Below are positions 12,108 through 25,614 of a stretch of DNA of 64,000 bases, piece by piece. Location of the stretch: assembly GCA_951406725.2 (NCBI GenBank), contig OX597814.1:23250001-23314000 (forward strand). Direction: 5' to 3'. How positions within the stretch are numbered: position 1 is the first letter of the stretch; each line of letters begins with the position of its first letter. Both the position numbers and the translations under genes were made by a program. The DNA comes from Octopus vulgaris (lineage: Eukaryota). The notes beneath the pieces were generated by a model. The model searched no databases. It saw only the letters and a list, made by a program, of their open reading frames with translations, and had not been told where the DNA came from.

Positions 12108-12148
12108 TTCTCTGATGAAGGTCAGAGACGACTAGAAACTAGTCTGAT
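12108..12148 (+). ncRNA. Minimal hammerhead-like motif
   Basis: CTGATGA-A-GGTC-agagac-GACT-A-GAAA-CTAG-TC with palindromic helix III ACTAGT and GUC site. Helix I is poorly paired. Confidence 0.5.
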
Positions 12149-12225
12149 CAAATTCGTCTTTTCCAGCATGTTATAACATAAAACCTTTTGAGTCACCAAT
12201 GATGGAAATGGAAATGTATACAGGA

Positions 12226-12590
12226 GATTGTGTTTGTGGTTTAGTGGTTAGGGTATTCAGCTCATGATCATAAGGTCCTGAGTTCAATTCCTGCCAATGC
12301 GTTGTGTCCTTGAGCAAGAAACTTTATTTCACATTGCTCCAGTTCACTCAGCTTGCAAAAATGAGAAGTACATGTATTTCAAAGGGCCAGCCTTGTCACA
12401 TTTTGTATCATGCTAAACTTAGAGCCAGCCTTGTCACATTTTGTGTCATGCTAAACTTCTCTGAGAACTACTTTAAGGGTACACGTGTCTGTGGAGCACT
12501 CAGCTACTTGTATGTTAATTTCATGAGCTGGCTGTTCTGTTGATTGGACCAAACTGGAACCCTCATCGTCATAACCGACGGAGTGCCAGT
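12226..12590 (+). mobile_element. tRNA-derived SINE (head B / tail A)
   Basis: A box TGGTTTAGTGG, B box GAGTTCAATTCC, CORE-like CCTTGAGCAAG. 3' part shared with the SINE at 2029-2418. Confidence 0.8.
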
Positions 12591-13279
12591 ATACTCTTCA
12601 GTTCATTGTTGTGTTGGATTATGTCTAGCCCCTCCCTCTTTTCCGATGTAATCCTCAGACACCATAGCATACCTACAGACCCTAAAGCAAATTTTCATTA
12701 CTGAGGTATAATCATTTTGTTTATTTTTCAAAACGAGGCAAAAATTGCATGTTTATGTTTATCAAAATGCTATACCTTACATTATAAAGAATCCTAAAAT
12801 GCTATGTAGTCTATTATGAATAAAATATCTCATCTGTCTCTACTACAACTACTTTCCCAGTCTCTTCCTATTAATACAACATCATATATATTTTCTACTA
12901 TTACTGCTCCCTCTGTTCTCTATACTAATAGTATTTTCCATATCTTGTCTGCTAATACCATTTCCCCTGCCTCTCCTATTTCCTCTGTCTCTTCCACTAT
13001 TACCTCTTCTTCTGACTCTACTCCTAATACTTTTTTTCTCTATCTCTTTTATTATTACTTTTTTTCAAACACTTTTATTGATACATATATCCTTTGTCTT
13101 TTCTATTATCGCTACTTCTTTATGTCACCTATTGATAATATTTGCTCTGTATATTCTGCTGTTACTACCTCCTATATCTCTTCTACAAATATTTCTTTAT
13201 CTGTCTACATATTTCTTCTCTATTGTTTGTACTTCCTTTATTTATCTTTACTATTCCTTCTCTCAACTGATACTAGTTC

Positions 13280-13311
<32 letters not shown>

Positions 13312-13562
13312 GCTCTTACTAATTCTTTCTCAGTTATTCTAATATCACTGTGAAATCCCATTGCAAGATTGAAACTCATCCAACTGGTTTCTCTACTTCT
13401 ATTCACAAGGATACTTATATACAAGCAAAACATTTACAACTATAACAATGAATTTATATGCGATGTTGTCATGAACATTTGGCGTGGGTACTTGCTCACT
13501 AATGAATTTCTAAAACAGAATTGAATTTAGTCCAGTTGATCCTCTTTTTCTATTCACATAGA

Positions 13563-14148
13563 CATTCTTTTCTATTCTAGGCACAAGGTTCAAAATTTGG
13601 CGGGAGGAGACCAGTCGATTAGATCGACTCCAGTATGCAACTGGTACGTAATTTATCGATCCTGAAAGGATGAAAGGCAAAGTCGATCTTGGCAGAATTT
13701 GAACTCAGAATGTAAAGACAGATGAAATACTGCTCCTGGCATGCTAACATTTCTTATTTCTTTACTGCTCACAAGGGGCTAAACATAGAGGGGACAAACA
13801 AGGACATACAAATGGATTAAGTCGATTGTATCGACCCCAGTGCATAACCAGCACTTATTTAATTGACCCTGAAAGGATGAAAGGCAAAGTCGACCTCGGC
13901 GAAATTTGAACTCAGAAAAAATACCTATTTCTTTATTGCCCCCAAGGGGCTAAACATAGAGGGGACTAACAAAGACAGACAAAGGGATTAAGTCGATTAC
14001 ATTGACCCCAGTGCGTAACTGGTACTTATTTAAGTATGAAAGGATGAAAGGCAAAGTTGACCTCGGCAGAATTTGAACTCAGAACGTAGCGGCAGACAAA
14101 ATAACGCTAAGCATTTCACCCAGCATGCTAACATATCTGCCAGGTCTG
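13563..14148 (-). mobile_element. Three tandem or nested SINE copies with Meta-domain-like centre
   Basis: Three repeats of GAAAGGATGAAAGGCAAAGTCGACCTCGGCAGAATTTGAACTCAG. Same family as 42682 and 55021. Confidence 0.85.
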
Positions 14149-15892
14149 CTAATGTGCAATAGATGCATGCTATAATACAGATAGTATCATTTCCTTAATC
14201 TCTCTGTTAGTACTTCTGTTTCTACTGATACTTTCTATGTATTCCTTTTTATTTGATGACTTCACTTAAAACTGCATTGCTACACAGAGAAGTTTCATAT
14301 TAGAACTTGATAATTGCAAGACTTAACATCCCTGTCTTCTATAAGGTGTAGTTTCCTGAAGCTATACCTAAATGACACAATTGAGTATAAATAGCTGTTA
14401 CAAATGTGTGTATCACTGCATCATACATACAGCATAAGGCTGACCACCAACAGTTGTTTTAGTGATTTTTTCTTTATTGAAATGTTGGCTCTTGGTGATT
14501 GCCGAACAAAGCTAAATAGCTCATCCCCTACTTAAGTGGCATAAAGATATAGATCTTTTATGATAAACATAAAACAACACAACATATGACAATAGTGAAA
14601 GTAATAGGCTGGTGTAAGAAAAAACAAATAAACATCTAGTCTTTGAGCAAGAGAAACAGGGTTTCTTCATTTAATGACTGTAAATAAGAAAGAAAGCTAA
14701 CAATCCTAAATGGAAGTGGTAAGAAGTTGCAAACTGGAAATGGAGAAAGGCAAAATAGAAAAAATAGAAAAGGGAACCAAGAAGGAGAGTAAAAGATAGA
14801 GAAAATATGAAACAACGATTTAAACATAGGAATATGTAAGAAAATGAGGTTGTGCGCATCACTAAAACTTAACTCTCTATTATTCTTGCTTCTTGTATCT
14901 TGTTTCCAAAGTATTAACCCTTTAGAACCATATTCTATGGCTGTTGATAATATGCAGTATGTGGTACTATCTAAGGCATCAAAACCATGGAAATCCTTAA
15001 AGAAACAGCAGATGAGAAATACTTCTTGTTTGTTCAAGTTGTGACATGTTCTCTTTGTTTGAGACTAATTTCTTAAATTAACGGTAACAATATATACAAT
15101 TTCATTTCTTTACATACTGCTATTTTATTTAAATTCTTATCACCTTACTCTCCCTCACTTCCCTCTCTTTTTCTCTCTTCCTCTCTCTGTCTCTTTCTTG
15201 CTACTCTCTCACTAATCTCTTCTTGCTTTGTGCCTCTTCATTCCTAATTTACAACTACTTGCTCTTACTCTAGCCCTCTTTCTCATTTCAGTTAGCTAAA
15301 TGAACACACTAATTTCTCTCCACTCAGTTATTTTCTCAAAGGAAAATGTCCATCCACCTAAGTGTTTATTTGCTTTTTGTTTTGAAGTCACATTTGTTTG
15401 TACTGCAGTTTTGTTTTGTTTTCTTTTGTTTTTATCATAAAAGACACATTTTTCTCTCCTCATTGCCAGGTCTTATTTTTTCATGCTCTTTTTCCCTCTC
15501 CGACCCAATCCATAGAGCATCATCAAATATTTGTTAATTTTTCAATGTTTGTAGCAGTTCCAAAATACCACACATAATGGCCGTTGACAGCCTGTTGCTA
15601 TGTTACTGTCTAAGACATTAAAAGGATAGAAGTTCTTTGAGTGAGAGTTGATGAAGAATATTTTCTTTGTTTGTTCTGTCTGTTATATGTTCCCATGAGG
15701 TGTGCAGTTAAGATTAAATTTGTGATACTGTCTAAAGCATAGTAACCATGAAAATCCCTAGCTAGATGGCTGGTGAAGATATTTCCATCTATTATGTATT
15801 CTCTTCCTTCAGATTTGATACAACTTCGTGGCTAGTAACTTGATTAATTAATTTGGCAGATGAAAATTGAAGAAGTGTATTGGTTATGTATA

Positions 15893-16453
15893 TGAAGTGG
15901 TATCAAAAGGTTCCCATACTAGTTATATTTAATAAAAAAAAAAAATTATTTGCTTAAGTTTCAACATCATCTTCGAGATAATCACCTTGCACAGCAATAC
16001 ACCCGTTCCAGCATTTCTGCCACTTTTGGAATCTAGCCTGGAAGTCATTTTCCATAAGAGAGTTGATGACCTTCTTTGAATCATTCTTGATCTCAACAAT
16101 GGTGTTAAAATGGAGACATTTGAGCTGTATTTTTATCTTGGGGAAGGGTGGAAGTTCACAGGTGCTAAATCTGGAGAATATGGCAGGTACAGAAGCGATA
16201 CCATGCAGTTTTTTGGTGAGAAACTCTCAAGTAAGGAAAACTTTACTCTTTTACTTGTTTCAGTTATTTGACTCTGGCCATGCTGGAGCGCCTCCTTTAG
16301 TCAAGAAAATCGACCCCAGGACTTATTCTTTGTAAGCCTAGTATTTATTCTATCGATCTCTTTTGCCGAACCACTAAGTTACGGGGATGTAAACACACCA
16401 GTATCGGTTATCAAGCAATGTTGGGGGTCAAATACAGACACATGAACATACAA

Positions 16454-16492
<39 letters not shown>

Positions 16493-17201
16493 CGGTGGGC
16501 TTCTTTCCGTTCCGTATACCAAATCCACTCACAAGGCTTTGGTCGGCTCGAGGCTAAAGTAGAAGACACTTGCCCAAGGTGCCATACAGTGGAAGTGAAC
16601 CCGGAACCATGTGGTTGGTAAGCAAGCTACTTACCACACAGCCACTCCTATACCTTTGTGAAGTATCCAATTCATGTTCCACAGATCCGGTTGCTTTTAC
16701 CAAATGTTCTCCCTCAGATGCTTCAAAACATCATGGTAGAGTTCTTGATTGATGGTCTAGCCCTGGTGGACGTATCCTCAATGCACAATACCACATTTTC
16801 GGGGGTGATGCTTGTGGCAGATCTTCCAGATTGCTCATCATCTTCTAAGGATGTCCTTCCAATTTTGAAGTACCCATGCTACTTGAAACATTGTGTACAA
16901 CCCATTATCTCATCGCTGTAAGGTTGTTGAAGCATGCTCAATGTCTCAGTAGTAAACTTCCCAAGTTTTGCACAAAATTTTACGTTGGCTCTTTGTTCCT
17001 GTCCAGGACAAAAATCACGGGCTACAGCATACATGTGATCGCAAAAACACAAATTTCACAACTTACGAAGTAAACACAGCAACGTCACTCAGCACACTAC
17101 CTCATGAAGGTCACTGCTAGCTCTCATTGCACACACAACCATGTGCTTTCATCTGTTGGTGCACTACAGAACGAGTCTGGAAACTTTTTGCTATCACCTC
17201 G
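15893..17201 (-). mobile_element. Internally deleted mariner relic
   Basis: Degenerate TIRs (TGAAGTGGTATCAAAAGGTTCCCATACT). Minus strand N-terminus EQRANVKFCAKLGK..SLEDDEQSGR and C-terminus FQKWQKCWNGCIAVQGDYLE. Interrupted by a SINE. Confidence 0.85.
16241..16650 (-). mobile_element. CORE-like SINE nested in mariner
   Basis: Full-length match to 3920-4300. Confidence 0.9.
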
Positions 17202-17489
17202 TTTATATGTGCATGATTTTGTGTGTGCATGTCTGTGTGGATGGAGAGGTGTATGTGTTGGAATTCATATTTCCCTTCGTGTTCACATATGTGTTACTGA
17301 TTGTGAACAAAATCTCACATCATTCATATATGATGCCATTTATTTCTAGTTATACATGAAAGCATAGACTGGTAGGATTTATTACCTTCCTCAAAATCAG
17401 GTGAAGGTTCAAATCAAAGAAAGTATCCATCTGTAGAAAATACTGCATCAGAAAAGTACTGTGATACTGATGAAATGATTATATATATA

Positions 17490-18005
17490 CAGGGTTATTC
17501 AAAAAGAATGAACTGATTTCATTACACAACATTTTAGTAAGTCTCCAGCTAAGTCACAAGTATTTACTCACAATCAACTTTTATTTCCTGTCTTACAAGT
17601 GTTCAATATGACCACCACCTGCAGATTAGGCAACATCAATGTGATGAGAGAATTCTTTCCAGATGCATATCAGCATATCAAAAGCAAGTTCATTATGGAA
17701 CTAAAGAGTAAATTTGCTTTGCTTCAGGTAATTCCAGAAGATATTGACATAGAAGGGAAATAGAAAACCATTGATAAAGCATTCAACCAGACAGCCAAAG
17801 AAGTACTCAGTGGATCGTGATATGCTGATATGTGTCTGGAAGGAATTCTCTTATCGCATTGATATTGCCCATGCTGTAGATGGTGGCCACATTGAACACT
17901 AATAAGACAGGAAATAATACTTGTGACTTAGCTGGAGTTTTCTATTGGTTTTCCTTATTAAAATATTGCATAATGAAATTGGTTCATTCTTTGTCAATAA
18001 CCCTC
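17490..18005. mobile_element. Tc1/mariner-derived MITE with about 190-bp inverted arms
   Basis: CAGGGTTATTCAAAAAGAATGAAC / GTTCATTCTTTGTCAATAACCCTC with TA flanks. Arms encode a transposase C-terminus DMLICVWKEFSYRIDIAHAVDGGHIEH*. Confidence 0.8.
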
Positions 18006-18308
18006 TATATAAGATAAAGAAGAAAATGGAGAAATTGATATGCAGACATCAATTTGTTGAAACAAATTAATTTTAAAAAATATCAAACTCATAGAATCTA
18101 CAATTGTTTCCATGTCCAATCAATTAATTCAAATTAGAAAAATTCAGTTAAAGATTCATATTGAATTATAGCTAATTGAACATTTTGTCAGGGTCAGAAG
18201 TTGATAGAAAAAGGAACTACATCCCAATGTGTTGATACCAGGGAACTTGGATGCTGACATCCCTTTAAGGGGTATTTATACATACAAATATATGAATAAA
18301 TACCTCTT

Positions 18309-18353
<45 letters not shown>

Positions 18354-18587
18354 TATCTATATAATTTCGTACTTCTGTGCTGTCTCTCTCAATCCATACA
18401 TGCACACACTACCACATACACACACACACACACATAAACACACACATGCCAACCATCTTCACACTCTCCTATCCTATTTTCTCTTCCTCCTTCTACATCC
18501 GAGCACTTCAGAAATGTAACCGCACATGGACTGTTTGCGATTTTACATCATTCTTCCTTCTTTTTCTCTGGACTTTACTGTTTTTCC

Positions 18588-18624
18588 TGTTTTTGACAAA
18601 GAGCTATGCTCGAAATATAAAACA
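18588..18624 (+). ncRNA. Minimal hammerhead-like motif, U3-A8 variant
   Basis: TGTTT-TTGACAA-A-GAGC-tat-GCTC-GAAA-TA-TA-AAACA. The loopless helix III would need dimerisation. Confidence 0.55.
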
Positions 18625-18764
18625 TATTTTTCTTCTTTCACCAAGCGTCATATTAATATATTGCTTGTGCTAAGTCCTCATGTTTGTTTGCTTTTCTTTT
18701 TCTCCTTTTTTCTGTTTTTTAATTGACTATATATATATATATATATACTATATATATATATAGT

Positions 18765-18797
<33 letters not shown>

Positions 18798-18821
18798 CAG
18801 AGAGATAGATACACATACATA

Positions 18822-20385
18822 CAGAGTGTAACAGCTATTTGAGAACAAGAATTTTAAGAACTGTAAGTAGCTCTAACTTTAAATAGCCTTTCTTTACTTC
18901 AGTCCCAAACATGGAGGCTCTGAATCTAATACAGACCATGAAAAGTCATGTTGTTCTTGTCACCTTAGCAACCAGTCACAGTGATTATGAGAGTGCATCC
19001 TTCTTAAGTGTAGCAAGGTCCTTTGTGTTTGAGATAAGAAAAGAGCTCTTGGCCATTTGTGGGAAAGTATCTTTTGTGGCCCAAAAGAGAAAAAAAGTCA
19101 TTCTTGACGGTCAAACACAGCCAGTAAAGTTGAGCTTGTCTAGCAAGTCCAGGGCATCATCATCAACAAGAATCCTGGCAAGTCAATGAGGTGCATTGCA
19201 AATCATATCCATGTGGTGTACGAGGACATCAGATAAAAATTCTGTTATGAGAAGAGGTCACTTCATGTCTTTTAAGACACAAGAGAACCATGTGATCTGG
19301 TTGAAATGTTTGCTGAATGAACTGAAGCACTTCAAGGAACTCAACATGCTCTGGTTCTTCTCAGATGATAATTTCATCCAGGCTCCAAAAGGGAACAAGA
19401 GCAGTGATAGATGGATCTGCACTAGCCCCAATGAAGTCCTTACTGTTATGCACACCAAGTTTCTATCTTCTGTGATGGCCTTAGGGGTCACAAGCAATGT
19501 AGTCCATGCTATGCCATACCTCTTCCCTTTTTTCCCTATAAAGATTTACAATCAATATAGTGGATGGAAGCACTCCGTTGGTTATGACGACGAGGGTTCC
19601 GGTTGATCCGAATCAACGGAACAGCCTGCTCGTGAAATTAACGTTTAAGAGGCTGAGCACTCCACAGACACGTGTACCCTTAACATAGTTCTCGGGGATA
19701 TTCAGCATGACACAGAGAGTGACAAGGCCGGCCCTTTGAAATATAGGTACAACAGAAACAGGAAGTAAGAGTGAGAGAAAGTTGTGGTGAAAGAGTACAG
19801 CAGGGATCACCACCATCCCCTGCCGGAGCCTCGTGGAGCTTTAGGTGTTTTCGCTCAATAAACACTCACAATCAATATAGTAGTCAATATTGAGACAATG
19901 AAGACGTTTGTGAAGCCCTGGATCAAGAGAGTTACTTGGGGGAAGCTGTACATTGTTTCAGCGAGACTCCTCCCTCTCATACAACCTCCACAACTCAGAA
20001 ATGGATGATTAAAAAATTTTGTAATCATGTTACCTCTAACACATAAACTCTTAGTTCTCCTGATTTAAACCCCACTCAAGTACTACATTGGAACACCATT
20101 GAGAAGAAGCCCAACAAGCATGCCTGCAATATCTAGAACTCATTAATGTCTGCTGACGGGGACTTTATGATCAACTTGAATAAAGATAACCTAATCAATG
20201 CTGTTAGTCATTTCAGAAGCTGTATCCAACTAATTATCAAGGCTGATAGCAGTTTTATTGAATGTTCTTATTGTATATGTATGTAAGAATACGAGTGCCA
20301 AATTCTACTAAACATTATTTTATATAATGAATATTTATGTTTTCTTTAAATTAAAATTTTATTCTTGAATAGCTGGTGCAACCTG
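18822..20385 (+). mobile_element. maT (DD37D-type) Tc1/mariner transposon relic
   Basis: Degenerate TIRs CAGAGTGTAACAGCTATTTGAGAA / TTCTTGAATAGCTGGTGCAACCTG. Frameshifted transposase pieces 18911-20263 with WFFSD, VMHTKF..VMALGV and SSPDLNP. Confidence 0.85.
19562..19867 (-). mobile_element. 5'-truncated SINE (tail A) nested in maT
   Basis: 14-bp TSD ACAATCAATATAGT at 19548-19561 and 19868-19881. Confidence 0.9.
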
Positions 20386-20547
20386 TGTGTGTGTGTGCTC
20401 ATGTATGTGTGTATGTGTGTGTGTGTGTGTGTGTGTATAAAATATAATGCAAGAAGATTGAATGAACAGGCTGTAATCCAAATCACAACTGTTTCTGTGC
20501 ACTAGCATCAGCTGGTAATTTCTGAGTGTTGCATATATTATACATAT

Positions 20548-20920
20548 TATTACGGTTACGACGACGAGGGTTCCGGTTGACCCAATCAACGGAACAGCCT
20601 GCTTGTGAAATTAACGTGCAAGTGGCTGAGAACTCCACAGACACGTGTACCCTTAACGTAGTTCTCAGGGATATTCAGCGTGACACAGAGAGTGACAAGG
20701 CCGGCCCTTTGAAATACAGGTACAACAGAAACAGGAAGTAAGAGTGAGAGAAAGTTGTGGTGAAAGAGTACAGCAGGGATCACCACCATCCCTGCCGGAG
20801 CCTCGTGGAGCTTTAGGTGTTTTTGCTCAATAAACACTCACAATGCCCGGTCTGGGAATCGAAACCGCGATCCTCCGACCGCGAGTCTGCTGCCCTAACC
20901 ACTGGGCCATTGCGCCTCCC
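20548..20920 (-). mobile_element. tRNA-derived SINE (head A / tail A)
   Basis: Matches 2029-2418. Confidence 0.9.
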
Positions 20921-21104
20921 CTGATCCAGTGATAGCTGTGTACTTGCACATCATCAGGTGAGTTGCTTTGAGATTTCCACATGTATATCCAGTAAAAGGA
21001 GTATTCTAGCTATTTGATAGCACATGATTGCTGATAACTGCAAAGAAGCTTTGGAATGCATGTTATAATGTTATTACCAGGATGATATTAAGTTATACAT
21101 AAAT

Positions 21105-22660
21105 CATCGTTTAATATCTGTCTTTCCTGTTGCCATGGTTTGGATGATTTGATGGAATCTAATGAGCTGGATGACTGTGTCAAGCTCCAGTGTCATTGTT
21201 GGAAGGGTGAAGGTGATAAATGTTAATAAGATGAGAAGTGAGCAAAACTTTATGGGGATAAATTGGGTTCAGTGTGTGAATAGACATAAACCTAATGCTG
21301 TTAGAAACTTTCTTTTGTTCTAATAGATGGATTTTGTTGAGTACAACAAAATGCCAAATGTCTCTATTCCTTTTTCATCTCCACCAAGACATGTAGCAAT
21401 TTCAGATCAGCTTTTGTAGCATGACTTTTTGGGTGTCCCTCTTCTAAAAGTTACATCATCTTTAAGTGGTTAGCACTTCTTTAAACAGCTGTCATCATCT
21501 AAGTACACCACATGATTGTACCAATGCAATCTTCTCTCTTTCACACGTCATCTGATTCCTATACACCAAATTTTTCACTCAGCACATGCACTTTGTCATA
21601 CATTCAGACTTGTGTGATTTTATCAGAGCATACTAGTTTCATTCTTTTGTAGCTTTTACATGTCCCTTATGTTCAGGGTCCACGTCTCCCTACCTTATCG
21701 TACTGCTGGCTATACACAAGCATCATACAATTTACCTTTCACTTCGAGGGAGAGAAATTTTTTTACCATCAGAGGTAATAACTGTTTAATTCTTATTCTG
21801 GCAACTACATATTCAGAACATCCTCTTTTACTGCAGAAGCTATCCACCTCCTAAAAGGAACCTCCTGGGCTTTTGAGAGAGTCAAATGCATAGTGCTTAT
21901 TGCTCCAGCACATCTACCACAAACAGATTCTAATTTCTCTGCTCGCCTTACTGAGATTCTACTGGGCAACTTGTATGTCCATAGCTTGCATTTTGCACAC
22001 TATAAGAAATTTCTATATACTTGGTTTATACCAAGCAGGGCCATTTTCCTGAACGGAGTAAAGTTTACCTGCTAATTAGAACTTCAGTTTTTGATAAGTT
22101 ATAACATCTGTTTATTCCAAGTTACCTTCCATACTGGGATTTCTTTTATAATTCTATAAGAGATTCTATTACAAGAACAAAATCATCAGTCTACAGTATT
22201 TCTCTAGGGTGACTAGTCTTGAGTTCATCTGCTATAGCCTAGATGACTATGATGGTTAGAAGGAGCTGAGGACCGAGGCCTAGTGAACTCATTCCTGTAC
22301 TCTAAATTCATTGTTGTACTTGTAGCTAACAACCACTTTACTAACAGTGTCCTTGTACATGGCTTTTATGGTTCTTTAAAGATTATCCTGTCAGAATGCG
22401 GTATCCTGTCAATAAAAGCCAAATTCAATGGCTTACTTTTCGCTAAATACTTCCCTTGCAGTTGTGTCACTAGAAGGAGTAATCCTACTTGGCACAAAAC
22501 CAACCTGGTCCAGCTATTTGATACCGCTATTATTACTTCTGTTTAAGATATCTCCTTTACTCTTGCAGCAGTTTACAGTAATGATGCTACAACAGTTGCT
22601 GAGTATGGCACCTTCCTGTACAGTCTGACTAATTATACAGGTGACTAATCCATAAACTTT
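21105..22660 (-). mobile_element. Degenerate RTE-clade LINE fragment (RT to 3' end)
   Basis: Minus strand GVH*ASVLS and ELKTSHPREIL*TDDFVL resemble RT motifs GVHQGSVLSP and WELLYADDL. Collinear with 33799-34400. Confidence 0.8.
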
Positions 22661-22689
22661 TCTCTCCTACGATGTACCAAAGATCTCTA

Positions 22690-23760
22690 CAAAGATCTAG
22701 GGACTTTTTTAAATTACATTCAAGAAAACTGAGAAGGATATTTTATGATTGCTTCATTTTGTGGAACAAAAGCATAAAGGAACTTATAGAATTAATATCA
22801 TTGGAATTAACAAAATATACAATTCCCCAAGAATATCATTTATTTTTGAGAGCTGTCTTTGTTTAAATCAGAATTGGGGAATTGTATATTTTGTTAATTT
22901 CATTGAGCAATGGATACTTTTAGGCATCCTAATACAGAAAGTTAACAACCAAATAGAGATAGACATACTATAAATCTATGGATCCCAAATAATATCTACC
23001 TTTCAGTTCATGAAACAGAACAGGTCTACCCTGTTGTATCTAATGGAAACACCTGTGTCATACAAATTCAAGAGCTTAAAGATACATTCTTTGAAAGAAA
23101 TTACCCACCATCTTTAATCAATAATGGAATATGACAAGCCAAGAAAATTAATATCCAGGTATTAAGATGAACAATGCAAAGAAATATATTGGAATTTAAA
23201 ATCTTGCCTTATATTTTCACCCACAATCCTAAAACAACAAAGGCTACAACATTACATTTCAAAACTTATGAACATTGAATTGAACTCCAGGATGAATCAA
23301 ATTGTTTTGACACATATCATAAAAAACAAAAACAATGCAAATCAGTGAAAAAATATCAACGAAGATCAAACTTCCCCCCAATAAGAACAAAGCCCAATAG
23401 CAAAGAAATGCAGAAGATCCAACTGTGAGATAGACATAAATCAGTCAGAAGGAATGTGAAATCTGATTTAAACAAAGACAGCTCTCAAAAGTAAATGATA
23501 TTTTCATCTGTGCATCTGAAAACCCAATTTATGCAATAATAGGATATAGAGAAAAGTATATAGAGCAAATCAGGGTGTCCTTCAGACAATTCATGACTCT
23601 GCATTGAATACAAATTCGAATCTAGTTGTGTCCTGATAAGAAACAACCAAGTTCTATGATCTTCCCTTATATCAATTTACTAATGGCACATTGCAACAGG
23701 ATAGCTTCAGCAAAGGAACAACATTCAAAATGAAATACTGACCACTTCTTAATTACAGGA
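22690..23760 (+). mobile_element. Degenerate Penelope-like element (RT thumb to GIY-YIG)
   Basis: CASENPIYAII..EKYIEQ..FRQFMTLH at about 23509-23604 resembles the PLE GIY-YIG domain. Many stops and frameshifts. Confidence 0.7.
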
Positions 23761-23940
23761 GAAAAGTTACTACTACTAAAACTACAGCTGCTAACACTAC
23801 CATTACAGATACTACTACTTCTTTGCTGCTGTTGCTGCTGCAACCACTATTGCTGCTATGGCTACTACTTTCACTTCTGCTACAGCATTCTCATTACATC
23901 TCTGGCTTCTATCATTTCAACTACCACTACTACACCTAAT

Positions 23941-24202
23941 AATATAAAAATATATAAATGTTCCTTCTCGAGCCATGCCAGGCTCATAAGGGCTGGTTTC
24001 CTGGTTTTAGTGGCATAGAAATTCCCCACCTGGACAGGACGCCAGTCCATCGAAGGATTACTCATTTTTGCCAGCTGAGTGGACTGGAGCAACGTGAAAT
24101 GAAGTGTTTTGCTCAAGAACACAATGCATCGCCCGGTCCAGGAATCAAAACCACAACCTTACAATCATGATGCTGACACCCTAACCACTAAGCCACACGC
24201 CT
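23941..24202 (-). mobile_element. tRNA-derived SINE (head B / tail B)
   Basis: A/B boxes on the minus strand. 17-bp TSD CCACTAC(T/C)ACACCTAAT at 23924-23940 and 24203-24219. Confidence 0.85.
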
Positions 24203-24737
24203 CCACTACCACACCTAATGCATAAGCTGCTACAGCTGCAATTCTTCTACCAGTGAGGCTGATACAACTGCTGATTCTGCTATCACTAGATGTTGCTGGT
24301 ATTACTACTGCCACCACTACCACTGTACAACAACCCTCACCATTATGAACCACTCATTAATATCAACATTGCTAATAAAGAACAACAAAACCACCACTTC
24401 TAAAACTGATACTATTTCAATTATGATCAAGTGCTCATTGGTAAGAGACCAACAACTATTAACATGTGAATTTTGTAATAAGCAGTCACGTGCTCTTTTA
24501 AAGCTGCTATCTTCAAAAATTAAATTAATTTATTCAGTTTATTTTTCCTTTTCTTATTTTCTTATTTTTCCTTTTCTTATTGACTTCAGTAATGGAAACA
24601 GGCTGCCTATTTTGAAAATGTTTTTAATTTTTTCCTCTTTTTATCCACTATAAAGTTTTCAGAGCATTAACTCTTTTTAAATTGACTTGTGTGAAACATC
24701 TTAACCTTTTCGATATATGTATATACATGTGTGTATA

Positions 24738-25045
24738 TGGAGGTGCAATGGCCCAGTGGTTAGGGCAGTGGACTCGCAGTTAGAGGATCGCAGTTTTGAT
24801 TCCCAGAACGGGTGTTGTGTTTATTGAGCAAAAACACCTAAAAGCTCCACGAGGCTCTGGCAGTGGGTGGTGGCGACCCCTGTTGTACTCTTTCACCACA
24901 ACTTTCTCTCACTCTTTCTTCCTGTTTCTTGAGTAATGCTGCGATGGACTGGCATTCCATCCAGCTGGGGTGAAAACATACACCACAGAAACTGGGGAAA
25001 CTGGGCCCATGAGCCTGGCTAGGCTTGAAAAGGGTGAAAAAAAAA
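24738..25045 (+). mobile_element. tRNA-derived SINE (head A / tail B)
   Basis: Head matches the 2029-2418 family, tail matches the 23941-24202 family, ends in poly(A). Confidence 0.85.
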
Positions 25046-25507
25046 ATGTGTGTACATATGTGTGTATGCATGTTTGTGTACACATGTGTATATATATGTG
25101 TGTGTGTGCGAGTGTAAGCTTATGATATATATCATCATCATTGTCATTATCATAATCATATCATCATTATCATTGCTTTGCATCCACTCTCTATTTGTAT
25201 TCTGGCATTTGCTGAACAGGTCATTCACATTCTCCTAGATGTGTCTGACGATCACAACTTGCTGGCAAATTTCAAGTTTCAATTTTTTTCATTTATATAC
25301 ATGTTCTATGGATTGTAACTCTAATTGAAATGTACAGCCGTATCTCACATCATATCATACTGATTCTACCTGTGAATAATGGGTAAATGGGTACATGCAT
25401 CCATGACATAACTTCAAGAGCTGGTCCTTCAGCTGATCAAACAACTAAAATCCATATCATTGGACAGCAGAGCTCCAACCAGTCACACACACACAGACAT
25501 GTATGCA

Positions 25508-25554
<47 letters not shown>

Positions 25555-25614
25555 CTAAATATTTATGTGTGTGTGAGGATGCATGTATGTATATATGATA
25601 TATATGTACATATA

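Noticed and set aside
12816-13322. 168-aa Ser/Thr-rich ORF
   Set aside because: Pyrimidine-rich low-complexity DNA with no domain or splice support.
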